A DNA stretch of 64,000 bases. Source: a bacterium (GTDB taxonomy: Bacteria; Bacillota; Clostridia; Oscillospirales; CAG-272). The stretch lies in assembly GCA_004558975.1 (NCBI GenBank), contig SFZB01000002.1, forward strand, positions 2,836 through 66,835. The letters run 5' to 3'. The notes under the pieces were generated by a model. It was not told the DNA's origin and did not search any database. It worked only from the letters and a program-made list of their open reading frames with translations. Below are positions 12,343 to 21,749 of the stretch, one piece after another. Positions within the stretch are counted from its first letter, which is position 1; each line of letters opens with the position of its first letter. The translations under genes were made by a program, and so were the position numbers.

Positions 12343-12381
12343 AACTACCTCCAAAGGAATTGATAGACAGGAATGGTGCCG

Positions 12382-12963
12382 TCAGATGTGCGGGTACACC
12401 AGCATACCGAGCACGGCGGAGAGAAGAATCAGAAGAATCGGCGCGATGGCGCGCCCGCGCCAGGTACGCGAGGCGGCGTCCAGCGCGAGGAGACAAAAGA
12501 GGATCAGGAAGGCACCTGCGTCGTGGGTGACGCCCGAGGTATCGCGGAGCGACCCGAGGGAGAAGAGGGTGGCAAGCCCCAGCACCACGGCGGTTCCGAG
12601 AATCAGCCCGACGACGGTCGGACGGACGCCCGAGAGGAATGCCTCGACGCCACGGTAGCGGAGCAGGTTTTTAAGGACGGCTGCGATGAGCAGAATGATG
12701 AGAAAGGCGGGGAGCACGACGCCGAGCGTCGCGACAAGCGCGCCGGGGAAACCCGCCTGCGACGAGCCGATAAAGGTCGCCATGTTGACGGCGAGCGGCC
12801 CCGGGGTGGATTCCGACACGGCAATCATATCGAGAAATTCCGATTCCGTCAGCCACCCGTGGGCGAGCACCTGCTCCCGCACGAGAGAGATCATGCCATA
12901 ACCGCCGCCGAACGAGACGGCGCCGATGAGGAGAAAGGTCAGAAACAGGTCGAGGAGGATCAT
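12382..12963 (-). CDS. Chromate transporter (CHR) family protein, short-chain, C-terminal partner
   Basis: LLIGAVSFGGGYGMISLVREQVL..GWLTESEFLDMIAVSESTPGPLAVNMATFIG is the CHR signature. ATGA overlap with the upstream partner. Confidence 0.85.
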   Translation of the reverse strand: MILLDLFLTFLLIGAVSFGGGYGMISLVREQVLAHGWLTESEFLDMIAVSESTPGPLAVNMATFIGSSQAGFPGALVATLGVVLPAFLIILLIAAVLKNLLRYRGVEAFLSGVRPTVVGLILGTAVVLGLATLFSLGSLRDTSGVTHDAGAFLILFCLLALDAASRTWRGRAIAPILLILLSAVLGMLVYPHI

Positions 12964-13784
12964 TTCGCGTCACCTCCCCGCCGCGCTTTGCGAATCAGGT
13001 AAACGGCAACCCCGAGGACCCCTCCGATCAGGATAAAGAAGACGGAGGAGAAGTTCACGGAGAAGAGCGAGAGCGCGATGAGCGCCAGTGCCGAGACGAC
13101 CGCAAGGGTGCGCCCGAGGGGGTCACGCCCGAGCCCGCGGAAGAGCCGCACGCCCGCCGTGGCAATCAGGTATACGACGGCGACCTGCACGCCGCGAAAG
13201 GCATAAGTAATGTAGGTGAGCGAGAGAAAGCGGTCGAAGATCAGCGAGATCAGGTAAATGATGACGAACGCAGGCAGACACACGGCAAGGGTGGCGAGGG
13301 CGGCGCCTCCGACACCGGCGAGCCGATAGCCGACGTAAGTCGCGCTGTTGACGGCGAGGGGACCCGGGGTGGATTCGGCAATCGCCGTCATGTCGAGAAA
13401 CTCGTCCTGTCTCAGCCACCCGCGCTTGGTGACGAGTTCGGTCTCGAGCAGGGCGGTCATGGCGTAGCCGCCGCCGAAGGCGAACAGCCCGATCTTCAGC
13501 ATGGTCAGAAACAGGCGGGGGAGCAGGTAGCGCTTTTCGCGTGGGAGCGGTTCCTTGGGGTTCTCCGCCTCGGCGAGGGCTTCCGTTTTTGTGGCGCCCA
13601 CCGTGAAAGAGTGGGTCTTTGCCTCTGCCGGTCCCGTCGACGTCGAGGACGGGGGAGTTGCATGCTTCGGGTCGGGCGTCATGTCCGCGGGGGAACGGTC
13701 GGGGGTATCGGATGTATCCGGGGCGGCAGGATTCCGCGCCGAGGGGTCACTTTGGTGTTTCATGTCGGGAGGGCAAAACCTCAC
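12960..13784 (-). CDS. Chromate transporter (CHR) family protein, short-chain, with an N-terminal Pro/Thr/Ser/Asp-rich tail of about 85 aa
   Basis: MLKIGLFAFGGGYAMTALLETELVTKRGWLRQDEFLDMTAIAESTPGPLAVNSATYVG. Start is uncertain: GTG 13784 (GTGA overlap with the darA stop) or ATG 13763. Confidence 0.8.
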   Translation of the reverse strand: MRFCPPDMKHQSDPSARNPAAPDTSDTPDRSPADMTPDPKHATPPSSTSTGPAEAKTHSFTVGATKTEALAEAENPKEPLPREKRYLLPRLFLTMLKIGLFAFGGGYAMTALLETELVTKRGWLRQDEFLDMTAIAESTPGPLAVNSATYVGYRLAGVGGAALATLAVCLPAFVIIYLISLIFDRFLSLTYITYAFRGVQVAVVYLIATAGVRLFRGLGRDPLGRTLAVVSALALIALSLFSVNFSSVFFILIGGVLGVAVYLIRKARRGGDAK

Positions 13785-14107
13785 ATTTTCTCAAAATGGG
13801 TAATGTCGGTGACGAACACGGTGGCGCCGCCGACGGGGACAGTCGCCGTCACGGTGATTGGGGCACGACCCGTGCCGGTGACACCGGGGATCGGAGCCGG
13901 CTCCATGCGCTGGGCACAATGAGTGCGAATGATACCGAGCGCCTCGTCGACGCGGGCATCGTCAATGCCGATGAGGAGCGTCGCGTTCCCGGAGCGGAGG
14001 AAGCCGCCGGTACTCGCCATTTTGGTGAAGGCAATCCCGGCGTCACGCAGGGCGTCGCAGACGAAAGAGGAGTCCTTTTTGTTGACGATTGCGGTAATCA
14101 TTTTCAT
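13781..14107 (-). CDS. darA: PII-like cyclic-di-AMP receptor (DarA/PstA, YaaQ/DUF970 family)
   Basis: MKMITAIVNKKDS...TKMASTGGFLRSGNATLLIGIDDARVDEAL...VGGATVFV aligns by eye to B. subtilis YaaQ/DarA. SD aagga about 10 nt upstream of ATG 14107. Confidence 0.85.
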   Translation of the reverse strand: MKMITAIVNKKDSSFVCDALRDAGIAFTKMASTGGFLRSGNATLLIGIDDARVDEALGIIRTHCAQRMEPAPIPGVTGTGRAPITVTATVPVGGATVFVTDITHFEKM

Positions 14108-14158
14108 GGTACGTTTTCCTTTCACATAAAAAACAAAGTTGTAGCTTTGGTGAGGAGG

Positions 14159-14941
14159 TTATGCGTTTGTCGCCGGGGGCTCTTCCGCCGATTGGGCTCC
14201 ACGGGTGAGCAGGTAGCGATGCAGGAAGAACCAGCCAATCCCGAGGAGCAGGTAGACGATCGAGCCGACCTGCGAGGGGGAGAGGGCGCCGCCGAAGATC
14301 TGCCCGCGGTCGTCACCGCGGAAGAACTCGATGATGAAGCGGAAGATGCCGTAGGCGACGAGGTAAACGGATAGGGTGTAGGGGCATTTCCATTTCAAAA
14401 CGAGCAGTGTCAGCACGGCGAAGAGCAGGAAGAGGAACGCCGCCTCAAACAGCTGCGTCGGCAGGCGGTTGCCGGAGACGTATTTGAAATGTACGCCGAG
14501 GGCGGAATCCGTCTCGCGCCCGTAGCAGCAGCCGGCGAAGAAACAGCCGATGCGCCCGAAGGCGTGGGCGATCGTGATACAGCACGGCACGACGGGGAGG
14601 ATCCGGAGCAGGTGAAGATCCATGCGTTTCCGCAGGAGGAAATAGACGATGAGGAAGAAGCCGGCGCCGCCGATGAGCCCGGGGACGACGGTAATACCGC
14701 TACCGATGCGAAAACCAGCCGCGGGGTTCTCGATGTAGTTCAGCGTCGCCTGCACGAGTGCGGCGGCACCGAAGCCGACGATGATCGAGAAAACGCCGTC
14801 ATAGAAGGCGAAGTCGACCAGTTTCGTCTCGACGCCGAGACGTTTCGAGTACAGGTACAGCACAAGAAAGCAGGCGAGAATACCGAGGGCAATCATGATG
14901 CCGTACATATGGACATTCCAGAACAGTGCGTCCGGTAACAT
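14159..14941 (-). CDS. lgt: Prolipoprotein diacylglyceryl transferase
   Basis: GRIGCFFAGCCYGRET, RLPTQLFEA and YGIFRFIIEFFRGDDRG motifs. SD aaggag. Confidence 0.93.
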   Translation of the reverse strand: MLPDALFWNVHMYGIMIALGILACFLVLYLYSKRLGVETKLVDFAFYDGVFSIIVGFGAAALVQATLNYIENPAAGFRIGSGITVVPGLIGGAGFFLIVYFLLRKRMDLHLLRILPVVPCCITIAHAFGRIGCFFAGCCYGRETDSALGVHFKYVSGNRLPTQLFEAAFLFLLFAVLTLLVLKWKCPYTLSVYLVAYGIFRFIIEFFRGDDRGQIFGGALSPSQVGSIVYLLLGIGWFFLHRYLLTRGAQSAEEPPATNA

Positions 14942-15087
14942 GGGAATACTCCTTTCGGTGAGGGGGTTATTCGCCGCGCGGCGTCCGGAGAGGGAGCGGC
15001 GGAGATGAATGTGAGGGGGAGGGGATAAGGTCGCCGCAGGCAGGCGCAGTCAACGGCGCCAATCACCGTCGGTCGACGATCAGCCGA

Positions 15088-15139
15088 TAGGCAAACGCCG
15101 TCAGTCGGCGGTCAAACGGTAGGCAAACGCCGTCAGTCG
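15088..15139. repeat. Perfect 20-bp direct repeat (period 32 bp) spanning the patB stop codon
   Basis: taggcaaacgccgtcagtcg at 15088-15107 and 15120-15139. The second copy contains the patB stop (tca at 15133-15135). Confidence 0.85.
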
Positions 15140-16308
15140 CCGCTGTCTCTGAAAGAGGCGAGCCCGCGGGTGAGCCGACGGAGCCCCTCTTCGACCGTCG
15201 CGCGTGGGGCGGCGACGTTCATGCGGAGGAAGGCGCGGCCGCTCTCGCCGTATTCGCTCCCCGCCGTGAGGTAGAGCCCTGCCGCCCGCCGCAGATGATC
15301 GGCGAGGCGATCGGCATCGGGGACGATGCGGGAGACGTCGAGCCACAGCAGGTAGGTCGCGTCACTCGGGGTGACGCGGAGGTCGGGGCACTCGCGCGCG
15401 AGCGTCTCGCGCACAAGGCACTTGTTCTCATACAGGTAGGTGCGGAGGGCATCGAGCCACAGCGCCCCTTTGGTAAACGCCGCGACGGCGGCGGTGACGG
15501 CGAAAGCGTTCGGCTCCGCGACCTCATCGGTGTTGAGCCCGCGCGAGACGCGGTGACGAAGCGTCGGGTCGGGGGTGACGGTGCAGGCGGTCTGTAGCCC
15601 CGCGAGGTTGAATGCCTTGGTGGGGGCGATGAGCGTCACGCTGTTCTCCCGGCAGTCGTCCGAGACGGAGGCGAAAGGCGTATAGGCACAGCCGGGGTCG
15701 GTGAGATCACAATGGATCTCGTCCGAGACAACGAGGACATGATGCTTTTTCGCGAGGGCACCGATCCTCGCGAGGGTCTCGCGACTCCAGATTTTGCCCA
15801 CCGGGTTGTGCGGGTTGCAGAGGATCAGCATGGAAGTTTCGGGGTCGGCGAGTTTGCGTTCCAGATCCGCAAAGTCGATGTCATAGACACCCCCCTCATA
15901 GCGGAGGGGTGATTCAAGGACGTGTCTGCCGTTATTGACAATCGAATTGAAAAAGATGTTATAGACCGGGGTCATGATGAGGACGTTCTCCCCGACGGTC
16001 GTGAGCTTCCGTACAATCGAGGAGAGGGCAGGGACGACGCCGGTCGTAAAGGTCAGCCACGCGGGGTCGAACGTGACGCCGTGGCGCTCCCGCCACCAGT
16101 CGCAGTAGGCGCTGTACCACTCATCCGGCACGACGGAGTAGCCGAACACGCCGTGTGCGAGCCGCTCGGCGAGCGCGTCTCTGACCGCCGGGGCAGTCTT
16201 GAAATCCATGTCCGCGACCCACATGGGGAGTTCTCCCGCGGGGACGTCCCACTTGAGCGAGCCGCTCCCGCGGCGGTCGACGGGGGTATCGAAATCGAAA
16301 GCGGTCAT
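15133..16308 (-). CDS. patB: MalY/PatB-family PLP-dependent C-S lyase (cystathionine beta-lyase-like aminotransferase class I/II)
   Basis: N-terminal FDFDTPVDRRGSGSLKWD and ...LIAPTKAFNLAGLQ (PLP lysine context). Confidence 0.87.
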   Translation of the reverse strand: MTAFDFDTPVDRRGSGSLKWDVPAGELPMWVADMDFKTAPAVRDALAERLAHGVFGYSVVPDEWYSAYCDWWRERHGVTFDPAWLTFTTGVVPALSSIVRKLTTVGENVLIMTPVYNIFFNSIVNNGRHVLESPLRYEGGVYDIDFADLERKLADPETSMLILCNPHNPVGKIWSRETLARIGALAKKHHVLVVSDEIHCDLTDPGCAYTPFASVSDDCRENSVTLIAPTKAFNLAGLQTACTVTPDPTLRHRVSRGLNTDEVAEPNAFAVTAAVAAFTKGALWLDALRTYLYENKCLVRETLARECPDLRVTPSDATYLLWLDVSRIVPDADRLADHLRRAAGLYLTAGSEYGESGRAFLRMNVAAPRATVEEGLRRLTRGLASFRDSGD

Positions 16309-16309
16309 G

Positions 16310-17155
16310 TCAGGCGTCCTCCCGGACGATCACGGTGGTTTTGGTGGGGTCGACGCGGTCGCGGTCAATCGTGAGCTGTCCGATATGATCGGCACGAATG
16401 GTGCCGCCCGCGGGGTTGAGGACGCTGTCCACGGCGCCCGTGATATCGGCGTCGACGGTCGAATACTCGAACGCGAGGGTGGTATTGATGAGTTTACAGT
16501 TCTGCAGCGTCAGGTGGTCGATATAGCAGAAGCCTTGCAGGCTCTCGACCGTGCAGTTGACGAGCGTCAGATGCTTCGCGTTCCACCCGAGGTACTCCCC
16601 GGTGATATAGGAGTCGTACACCGTGACGTTTTCGCTGTTCCAGAACGCGTCCTTGGTGAAGAGTTTTGAGGAGCGGAGGGTCACGTTCTTCGCGCCGTCA
16701 AAGGCGTAGTTGCCGTTCAGGAGCAGGTGGTCGGCGGTGACGTCCTCGGCGTTCATCAGGAGGTAATCCCCTTTGGCGCTGACGTTTTGCAGGGTGATGT
16801 CGCGGCACGCCCACAGCGTCTCGGCGGCATTCGTCATCGTGACGTTCGTGAGGTTGATGCCCCTCGCGCGGCGGAAGGTCTTGGGCGCCTCAATCACCGT
16901 GTCGGTAAGAGAGATGCTTTCGGTGTACCAAATGCCCGCGCGGGCGGCGTCGGTGAGGACGCAGTCGCGGAGCGAGATGTCGCGTCCGTACCAGAGCGGA
17001 TACTTCCAGCGGAAGGAACAGCCCCGGAGCGTGAGCCCGGCGCTCTCTTTGAGCGGCGACTCGCCGTCCTCGAAGATACAGTCGGTCAGGGTCAGGTCAC
17101 GCGCGCCGAAGAGCGCCCGCTCCCCCGTAAAAATCTTTCTTTCAAACGTTTCCAT
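16310..17155 (-). CDS. DUF3737-family protein (predicted right-handed beta-helix)
   Basis: ERKIFTGERALFGARDLTLTDCIFEDGESPLKE and repetitive L.L.NC/ V.. turns. Ends 1 nt from the patB start. Confidence 0.7.
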   Translation of the reverse strand: METFERKIFTGERALFGARDLTLTDCIFEDGESPLKESAGLTLRGCSFRWKYPLWYGRDISLRDCVLTDAARAGIWYTESISLTDTVIEAPKTFRRARGINLTNVTMTNAAETLWACRDITLQNVSAKGDYLLMNAEDVTADHLLLNGNYAFDGAKNVTLRSSKLFTKDAFWNSENVTVYDSYITGEYLGWNAKHLTLVNCTVESLQGFCYIDHLTLQNCKLINTTLAFEYSTVDADITGAVDSVLNPAGGTIRADHIGQLTIDRDRVDPTKTTVIVREDA

Positions 17156-17184
17156 ATTTCGGCTCCCGAGTTTTGCTTGTCTCT

Positions 17185-17213
17185 ATTGTATCACCGCGCG
17201 CGCAAAATAGCAA
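17185..17213 (-). promoter_or_regulatory. Candidate promoter for the DUF3737-patB operon
   Basis: Minus strand reads TTGCTA, 17 nt, TACAAT (plus coordinates: tagcaa 17208-17213, attgta 17185-17190). Confidence 0.45.
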
Positions 17214-17353
17214 TGTGCACTTTTTTAATTTCTTGTTACGCGCGCGAGGCGGGGACGGCGGCGTCTGCGCACGCCGGGGCGGAAGAGAAGCACGGAGGGA
17301 CGAACGGCGAGGGAAAACAAGACACCCGAGAAAGAAAAACGAAATAGAAAAGC

Positions 17354-17393
17354 AAAAAAACGGCGTTGCGCCCGGTTTTTCGGGCACAACGCC
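17354..17393 (-). terminator. Rho-independent terminator of the hydrogenase operon
   Basis: 13-bp stem with one mismatch (ggcgttgcgcccg/cgggcacaacgcc). On the minus strand it is followed by TTTTTTT. Confidence 0.7.
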
Positions 17394-17416
17394 GCTCTGA
17401 CGGACGAGAGAGCAAT

Positions 17417-17452
17417 CCCCCGCAGAGCCGTTCGCTCTGCGGGGGACTTTTT
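17417..17452. terminator. 12-bp perfect hairpin immediately after the hydrogenase stop codon
   Basis: cccccgcagagc / gctctgcggggg. The T-run (actttttcg) is on the + strand only, so its orientation and role are ambiguous. Confidence 0.45.
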
Positions 17453-17463
17453 CGTGAGTCGGA

Positions 17464-18888
17464 TTATTTCAACTGGGAAACAGCGTCCGCGATGGTCTTT
17501 TCGAGTGCTTCTTTGCCGTAGCGGTCGACATCGTCGCGACTGCGGGGCTCATGCGTGAGGCACCCGGCGCCGCCGATACAGCCGCCGACGCACGCCATGC
17601 CTTCGATGAAGTTGGCGTCGAGGAGGTTCTTCGACTTCTTGAGCAGCGCCACGCGGCAGGCTTCGATCCCGTCGCAGGCACAGGCCTTCAGGGCAAAATC
17701 GGTGAACCCCTGTTCCTTGAGCCCCTCCGCCACGGCGTCGGAAAGACCGCCGCATCGGGCGAAGATACGCCCGAAGTAGGAGGCGTTGTCAAGAACCCCT
17801 TCGGGGAGCGTGGTGATGTCGAGGTCGCGGCTGTCAAAGAGCGCCTGCAGTTCCTCAAACGTCATCGCGACGTCGACATAGGGCTTTACGTCCTCTTTCT
17901 GCACTTCGGCTTTCTTCGCCGTGCAGGGACCGATGAACACGACCTTTGCGCCGGGGGTAGTCTCCTTGATGTACTTGGAGATCATCGCCATCGGCGAGAG
18001 GTTATGCGAGACGAACGGCGCGAGGTCGGGGAAGTTCTTGTGAATGTAATCGACGAACGCCGGACAGCAGGAACTGGTGAGGAAGCCTTTTTCCGCGAGT
18101 TCACGCGATTCCGCCTGCGCCACCATGTCGGCGCCGAGCGCCGCCTCGATGACGGTGTGGAACCCGAGTTCCTTCAGTCCGGTGATGACCTGCCCGAGTT
18201 TCGCATAGGTAAACTGGCTGGAGATCGACGGGGCGACGACGGCGTAGGTCTTATACTTTTGGTTGCCCTCGCTCTTTTTCAGAATGTCGATGACATTCAG
18301 AATAAAGGATTTGTCCGTAATGGCGCCGAACGGGCACTGATAGACGCAGGCACCGCAGGCGATGCACTTCGAGCCGTCGATCGTCGCGGCTTTCTCCTCG
18401 TTCATGGAGATCGCCTTGACCTTGCAGGCGTTCTGGCACGGGCGCTTGCGCCCGACAATCGCCGTGAAGGGGCAGACCTTCGAGCACGCGCCGCACTCCT
18501 TGCACTTCGACTTGTCGATGTGCGCGACGTGGTTCTGGTCAAAGGAAATAGCGCCGAAGCGGCAGACGTCCTCACAGCGGTGGGCGAGGCAACCGCGGCA
18601 GGCGTTCGTGACCTCGTAGCCGCCGACGGGGCACTCGTCGCACGCGATCTCGATGACCTCGATCACGTTCGGGTTGCTCTTGTCACCGCCCATGGCAATC
18701 TTGACACGCTCCGCGAGGATGGCGCGCTCCTTGTAGACGCAGCAACGCATGGTCGGCACTTTCCCGGGGACGATCGTCATCGGGATATCGACCGCACTCT
18801 CGGGCAGGCGATCTGCCCATGCCTCGCGCGCGACTTCACGCAGGACTTTGTATTTCAGGTGCTGGACCTTGGTATCAAATTTTTTCAT
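17464..18888 (-). CDS. [FeFe] hydrogenase, multi-ferredoxin-domain type (group B-like)
   Basis: Canonical H-cluster motifs TSSCCPAF, GPCTAKKAE and GMACVGGCIGGAGC. Several CxxCxxCxxxCP clusters. N-terminal ...TMRCCVYKERAILAERVKIAMGG. Confidence 0.85.
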   Translation of the reverse strand: MKKFDTKVQHLKYKVLREVAREAWADRLPESAVDIPMTIVPGKVPTMRCCVYKERAILAERVKIAMGGDKSNPNVIEVIEIACDECPVGGYEVTNACRGCLAHRCEDVCRFGAISFDQNHVAHIDKSKCKECGACSKVCPFTAIVGRKRPCQNACKVKAISMNEEKAATIDGSKCIACGACVYQCPFGAITDKSFILNVIDILKKSEGNQKYKTYAVVAPSISSQFTYAKLGQVITGLKELGFHTVIEAALGADMVAQAESRELAEKGFLTSSCCPAFVDYIHKNFPDLAPFVSHNLSPMAMISKYIKETTPGAKVVFIGPCTAKKAEVQKEDVKPYVDVAMTFEELQALFDSRDLDITTLPEGVLDNASYFGRIFARCGGLSDAVAEGLKEQGFTDFALKACACDGIEACRVALLKKSKNLLDANFIEGMACVGGCIGGAGCLTHEPRSRDDVDRYGKEALEKTIADAVSQLK

Positions 18889-18903
18889 CTTGGGTGTCCT
18901 CGA

Positions 18904-20076
18904 TCAGAAATAACTGACTTTGATCCGCTTGCCCATTTTGACAAGGCACTCGGACAGTTCTTTGACCAGATTCATTTTGATATTGAAGTTAATCGGCAGG
19001 TCGGGGTTCTGGTGCGCCGGGTTGACGGCTCTGCCGACGAAGAAGTTGATGTCCGTCGCCTCTTCGAACAACATCCGCGCAATCAGTGACGCGCCGTCAT
19101 GGCGGAAACTCCACTGCTCGTAACTCTTGTTATCACGCAGGTAGTCTTTCGCGTACTCCACGACGCGGTTGACCGTGATGACGCCCTCGGTCACGAGGTC
19201 GACGCCCTCGATCTCCGCGATCGGCGGAATGTCGCTCTGCTCGAACGTGAGCCCCACGCGCACGGGCTTCCCGAGGTATTTGGCGGCGATGGACGACGTG
19301 GTGCCGCCGCAGACGATGTGCTTGCCCTCCTTCGAGAAGAAGAGCGCCATCATGCGGTTGCAGTCGTCGCGGTTGGAGGGGGGACCGAACAGCAGATTCA
19401 TCGGTACGCGCCGACGAATCTTGACGACACAGGCGGTGGCGTCATCACCCGGCTTACCGCCGTAGAGGCGATTGCACTCGTCAATCAGCATGGTGGAGAG
19501 GGTCTTGGCGGTATAACCGCCCGCGGCGCTCGCCTCCATGAAGCCGATGATGTCTTCGCGTTTCCAGCCGAAGTTGTAGGTCAACCCGAGCCCGGCATGA
19601 GGGCAGCCGTCACTCATCAGAATGAACGTATCCTCTTCCTCAAGCCGAATGACGGACTTGAAAATCTTCTTGCCGCCGATAGACATTTCGGTCTTCGGGT
19701 AATCGTAGTTCTTACCCTCGCGGAGCAGAATCACCAGCGGGTTATCGAACTGAATAATCTCTGCTTCGGTGTTGTTCACGAGGTGCAGAATGGTAAAGGT
19801 CGAATAGGCGACTCCGCGCACCGAACAGACCGGCAGGGTGGCGGCGATCGTCTCGACGCAGTCCTCGAGCGTCAGCCCCTCCGCCATCATGGTGGAGATA
19901 ATCTTGGAAGTCAGGGTAGAGAGAATACTCGCCTTGACCCCCGAGCCGAGCCCGTCCGCGAGGACGACGACGGTCGAGTCCTCGCTCTGCTCCACGACGT
20001 CCACATGGTCGCCGCAGAGCTGCTCGCCGACGTGGTTCACACTTTTGTAGCCGATATCGGCACAGAGTTCATTCAT
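18904..20076 (-). CDS. SpoIIE/PP2C-family serine phosphatase with an uncharacterised C-terminal domain of about 190 aa
   Basis: GEQLCGDHVDVVE...VVVLADGLGSGVKASILS is the PP2C/SpoIIE metal-binding context. The start overlaps the hydS stop by 8 nt. Confidence 0.85.
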   Translation of the reverse strand: MNELCADIGYKSVNHVGEQLCGDHVDVVEQSEDSTVVVLADGLGSGVKASILSTLTSKIISTMMAEGLTLEDCVETIAATLPVCSVRGVAYSTFTILHLVNNTEAEIIQFDNPLVILLREGKNYDYPKTEMSIGGKKIFKSVIRLEEEDTFILMSDGCPHAGLGLTYNFGWKREDIIGFMEASAAGGYTAKTLSTMLIDECNRLYGGKPGDDATACVVKIRRRVPMNLLFGPPSNRDDCNRMMALFFSKEGKHIVCGGTTSSIAAKYLGKPVRVGLTFEQSDIPPIAEIEGVDLVTEGVITVNRVVEYAKDYLRDNKSYEQWSFRHDGASLIARMLFEEATDINFFVGRAVNPAHQNPDLPINFNIKMNLVKELSECLVKMGKRIKVSYF

Positions 20077-21745
20077 CGGCGATGGATTCCTTCAGTTTTG
20101 TCAGGGCGATCTTGGTCTCTGCCGCGGTCTCACCGAGCAGAGAGGCGATCTCCTGCACGATCCGCATCTGCTTATCGACGACCTTATCGGCGATATCGAC
20201 CGTCTGCTCGCGAATCGTTTCTTTCTTCTTGCGCTCGTCCTCCTCGCTCGTCACATCACGCATGATGCAGATGAGCAGGTGGTAGTCGCGGTCATAGATG
20301 ACCGTCTCCTCGACGAACTTGCCGTATTCGGCAAGATAGACGCGGCGGTCACGCACCTCTTCCTTGGATTCCAGCACTTCGAGGAATACCTTGGGGTCGA
20401 GGATACGGACGACCAGGTCGCCGAGAATATCGGACGCCGAGCGTATGTTCATGATCTTGCGCGCCGCCGTGTTGATCTGTTGCACCTCGAGTTTCTCGTT
20501 GAGGACAATCAGCCCGTTCGGCGTATTGTTGACGATACTGTCGGAGAAGCTCTCGGCTTTCTCCTTGAGGTAGGGCAGACACATGGAGACTTCCGCCTTG
20601 CCCTGATAAATGGCAATCGCCTTTTCCCGGCAGGTGTTGTACCCGCAGGAGCCGCAGTTGAGTTCATCCTCCTGTCGGGTCTTGCCCATCTGGCGGAGAA
20701 TTTCGGCAATCTCGTAATCGGACGGCATCTGCGCGCGGCGCTCGATCGGGGCGAACTGCTTCTGCATCTCGGTGAAATCCGGCTGTGCGACAGGGAAGTC
20801 TTTTTCACCCGCCGCCTCCGTGATTGCAAGATAATCCTTGACGGGGGAGCGGTGGTATTTCTCCATGACAGGACCGCCGATGCAACTGCCGGCGCAGGCG
20901 GACATTTCGATGAAGCAGTGATGAATCTTACCGCTCTCGATGTCGCGGAGTGCGGCAATACAGTTATCGACCCCGTCAATCGCGAGGTAGGTGTAGCCCG
21001 GGGCGGTCTTGGTCATGCTCTTGAGCACGCCACCCGTCGTCGGGAAGAAGCGCGCCCGGCTCTCGGGGCTCGTATCCGTCTCTTTTTCGAGCGGAATCCC
21101 TGCGGCGGCGAGCCACTCCGTCAGCTCCTCAAACGTCAGCACCGCGTCGACAATCCCCTCGTAATACTCTGCTTCGTCTTTCTTGGCGACGCAGGGACCG
21201 ATGAACACCGTCTTGGCATTCGGGTGACGGCGCTTGATGTCTGTGCAGTGTGCCTGCATCGGGGACAGCACTTTCGCGAGGTACTGCAGTTCCGTCGGGA
21301 AATACTTCTGGATCAGGAGATTGACCGAATGACAGCAGGAGGTGATAATGATATCATGCTCCTCTTCCGCGAGCATCCGCTCATACTCTCGCTTGACCAT
21401 CGTGGCGCCGACGGCGGTCTCCTCCGCGTCGGTAAAGCCAAGCTTCTGCAGGGCACGGCGCATCGCACCGATGCCCACGCCGTCGTAGTTGGCGACGAAG
21501 GAGGGCGCGAGACTCACATAAACGGGGTCGCCGGAGGCAAGGAGCACCTTGACCTTTTCGACCTCGCTTGTGATTTCTTTGGCATTCTGCGGGCAGACGA
21601 CGAAGCACTGACCGCAGAGGATGCACTCGTTCCCGATAATATGTGCCTGATTGCCCGAGAAGCGGATCGACTTCACCGGACAATGACGGATACATTTATA
21701 ACAGTTCTTACAGTTGGATTTTTTCAGCGTCAGACAGGTAGACAC
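20069..21745 (-). CDS. hydS: Putative sensory [FeFe] hydrogenase (HydS-like) with a C-terminal PAS domain
   Basis: Two CxxCxxCxxxCP motifs. H-domain with TSCCHS, GPCVAKKDE and EMSACAGSCIGGP. Then CGSCGYNTC-x16-C, a PAS-like segment (NTPNGLIVLNEKLEVQQINTAARKIM) and a coiled coil. GTG start at 21745 with SD agaggag. Confidence 0.82.
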   Translation of the reverse strand: MSTCLTLKKSNCKNCYKCIRHCPVKSIRFSGNQAHIIGNECILCGQCFVVCPQNAKEITSEVEKVKVLLASGDPVYVSLAPSFVANYDGVGIGAMRRALQKLGFTDAEETAVGATMVKREYERMLAEEEHDIIITSCCHSVNLLIQKYFPTELQYLAKVLSPMQAHCTDIKRRHPNAKTVFIGPCVAKKDEAEYYEGIVDAVLTFEELTEWLAAAGIPLEKETDTSPESRARFFPTTGGVLKSMTKTAPGYTYLAIDGVDNCIAALRDIESGKIHHCFIEMSACAGSCIGGPVMEKYHRSPVKDYLAITEAAGEKDFPVAQPDFTEMQKQFAPIERRAQMPSDYEIAEILRQMGKTRQEDELNCGSCGYNTCREKAIAIYQGKAEVSMCLPYLKEKAESFSDSIVNNTPNGLIVLNEKLEVQQINTAARKIMNIRSASDILGDLVVRILDPKVFLEVLESKEEVRDRRVYLAEYGKFVEETVIYDRDYHLLICIMRDVTSEEDERKKKETIREQTVDIADKVVDKQMRIVQEIASLLGETAAETKIALTKLKESIADE

Positions 21746-21749
21746 GGGT

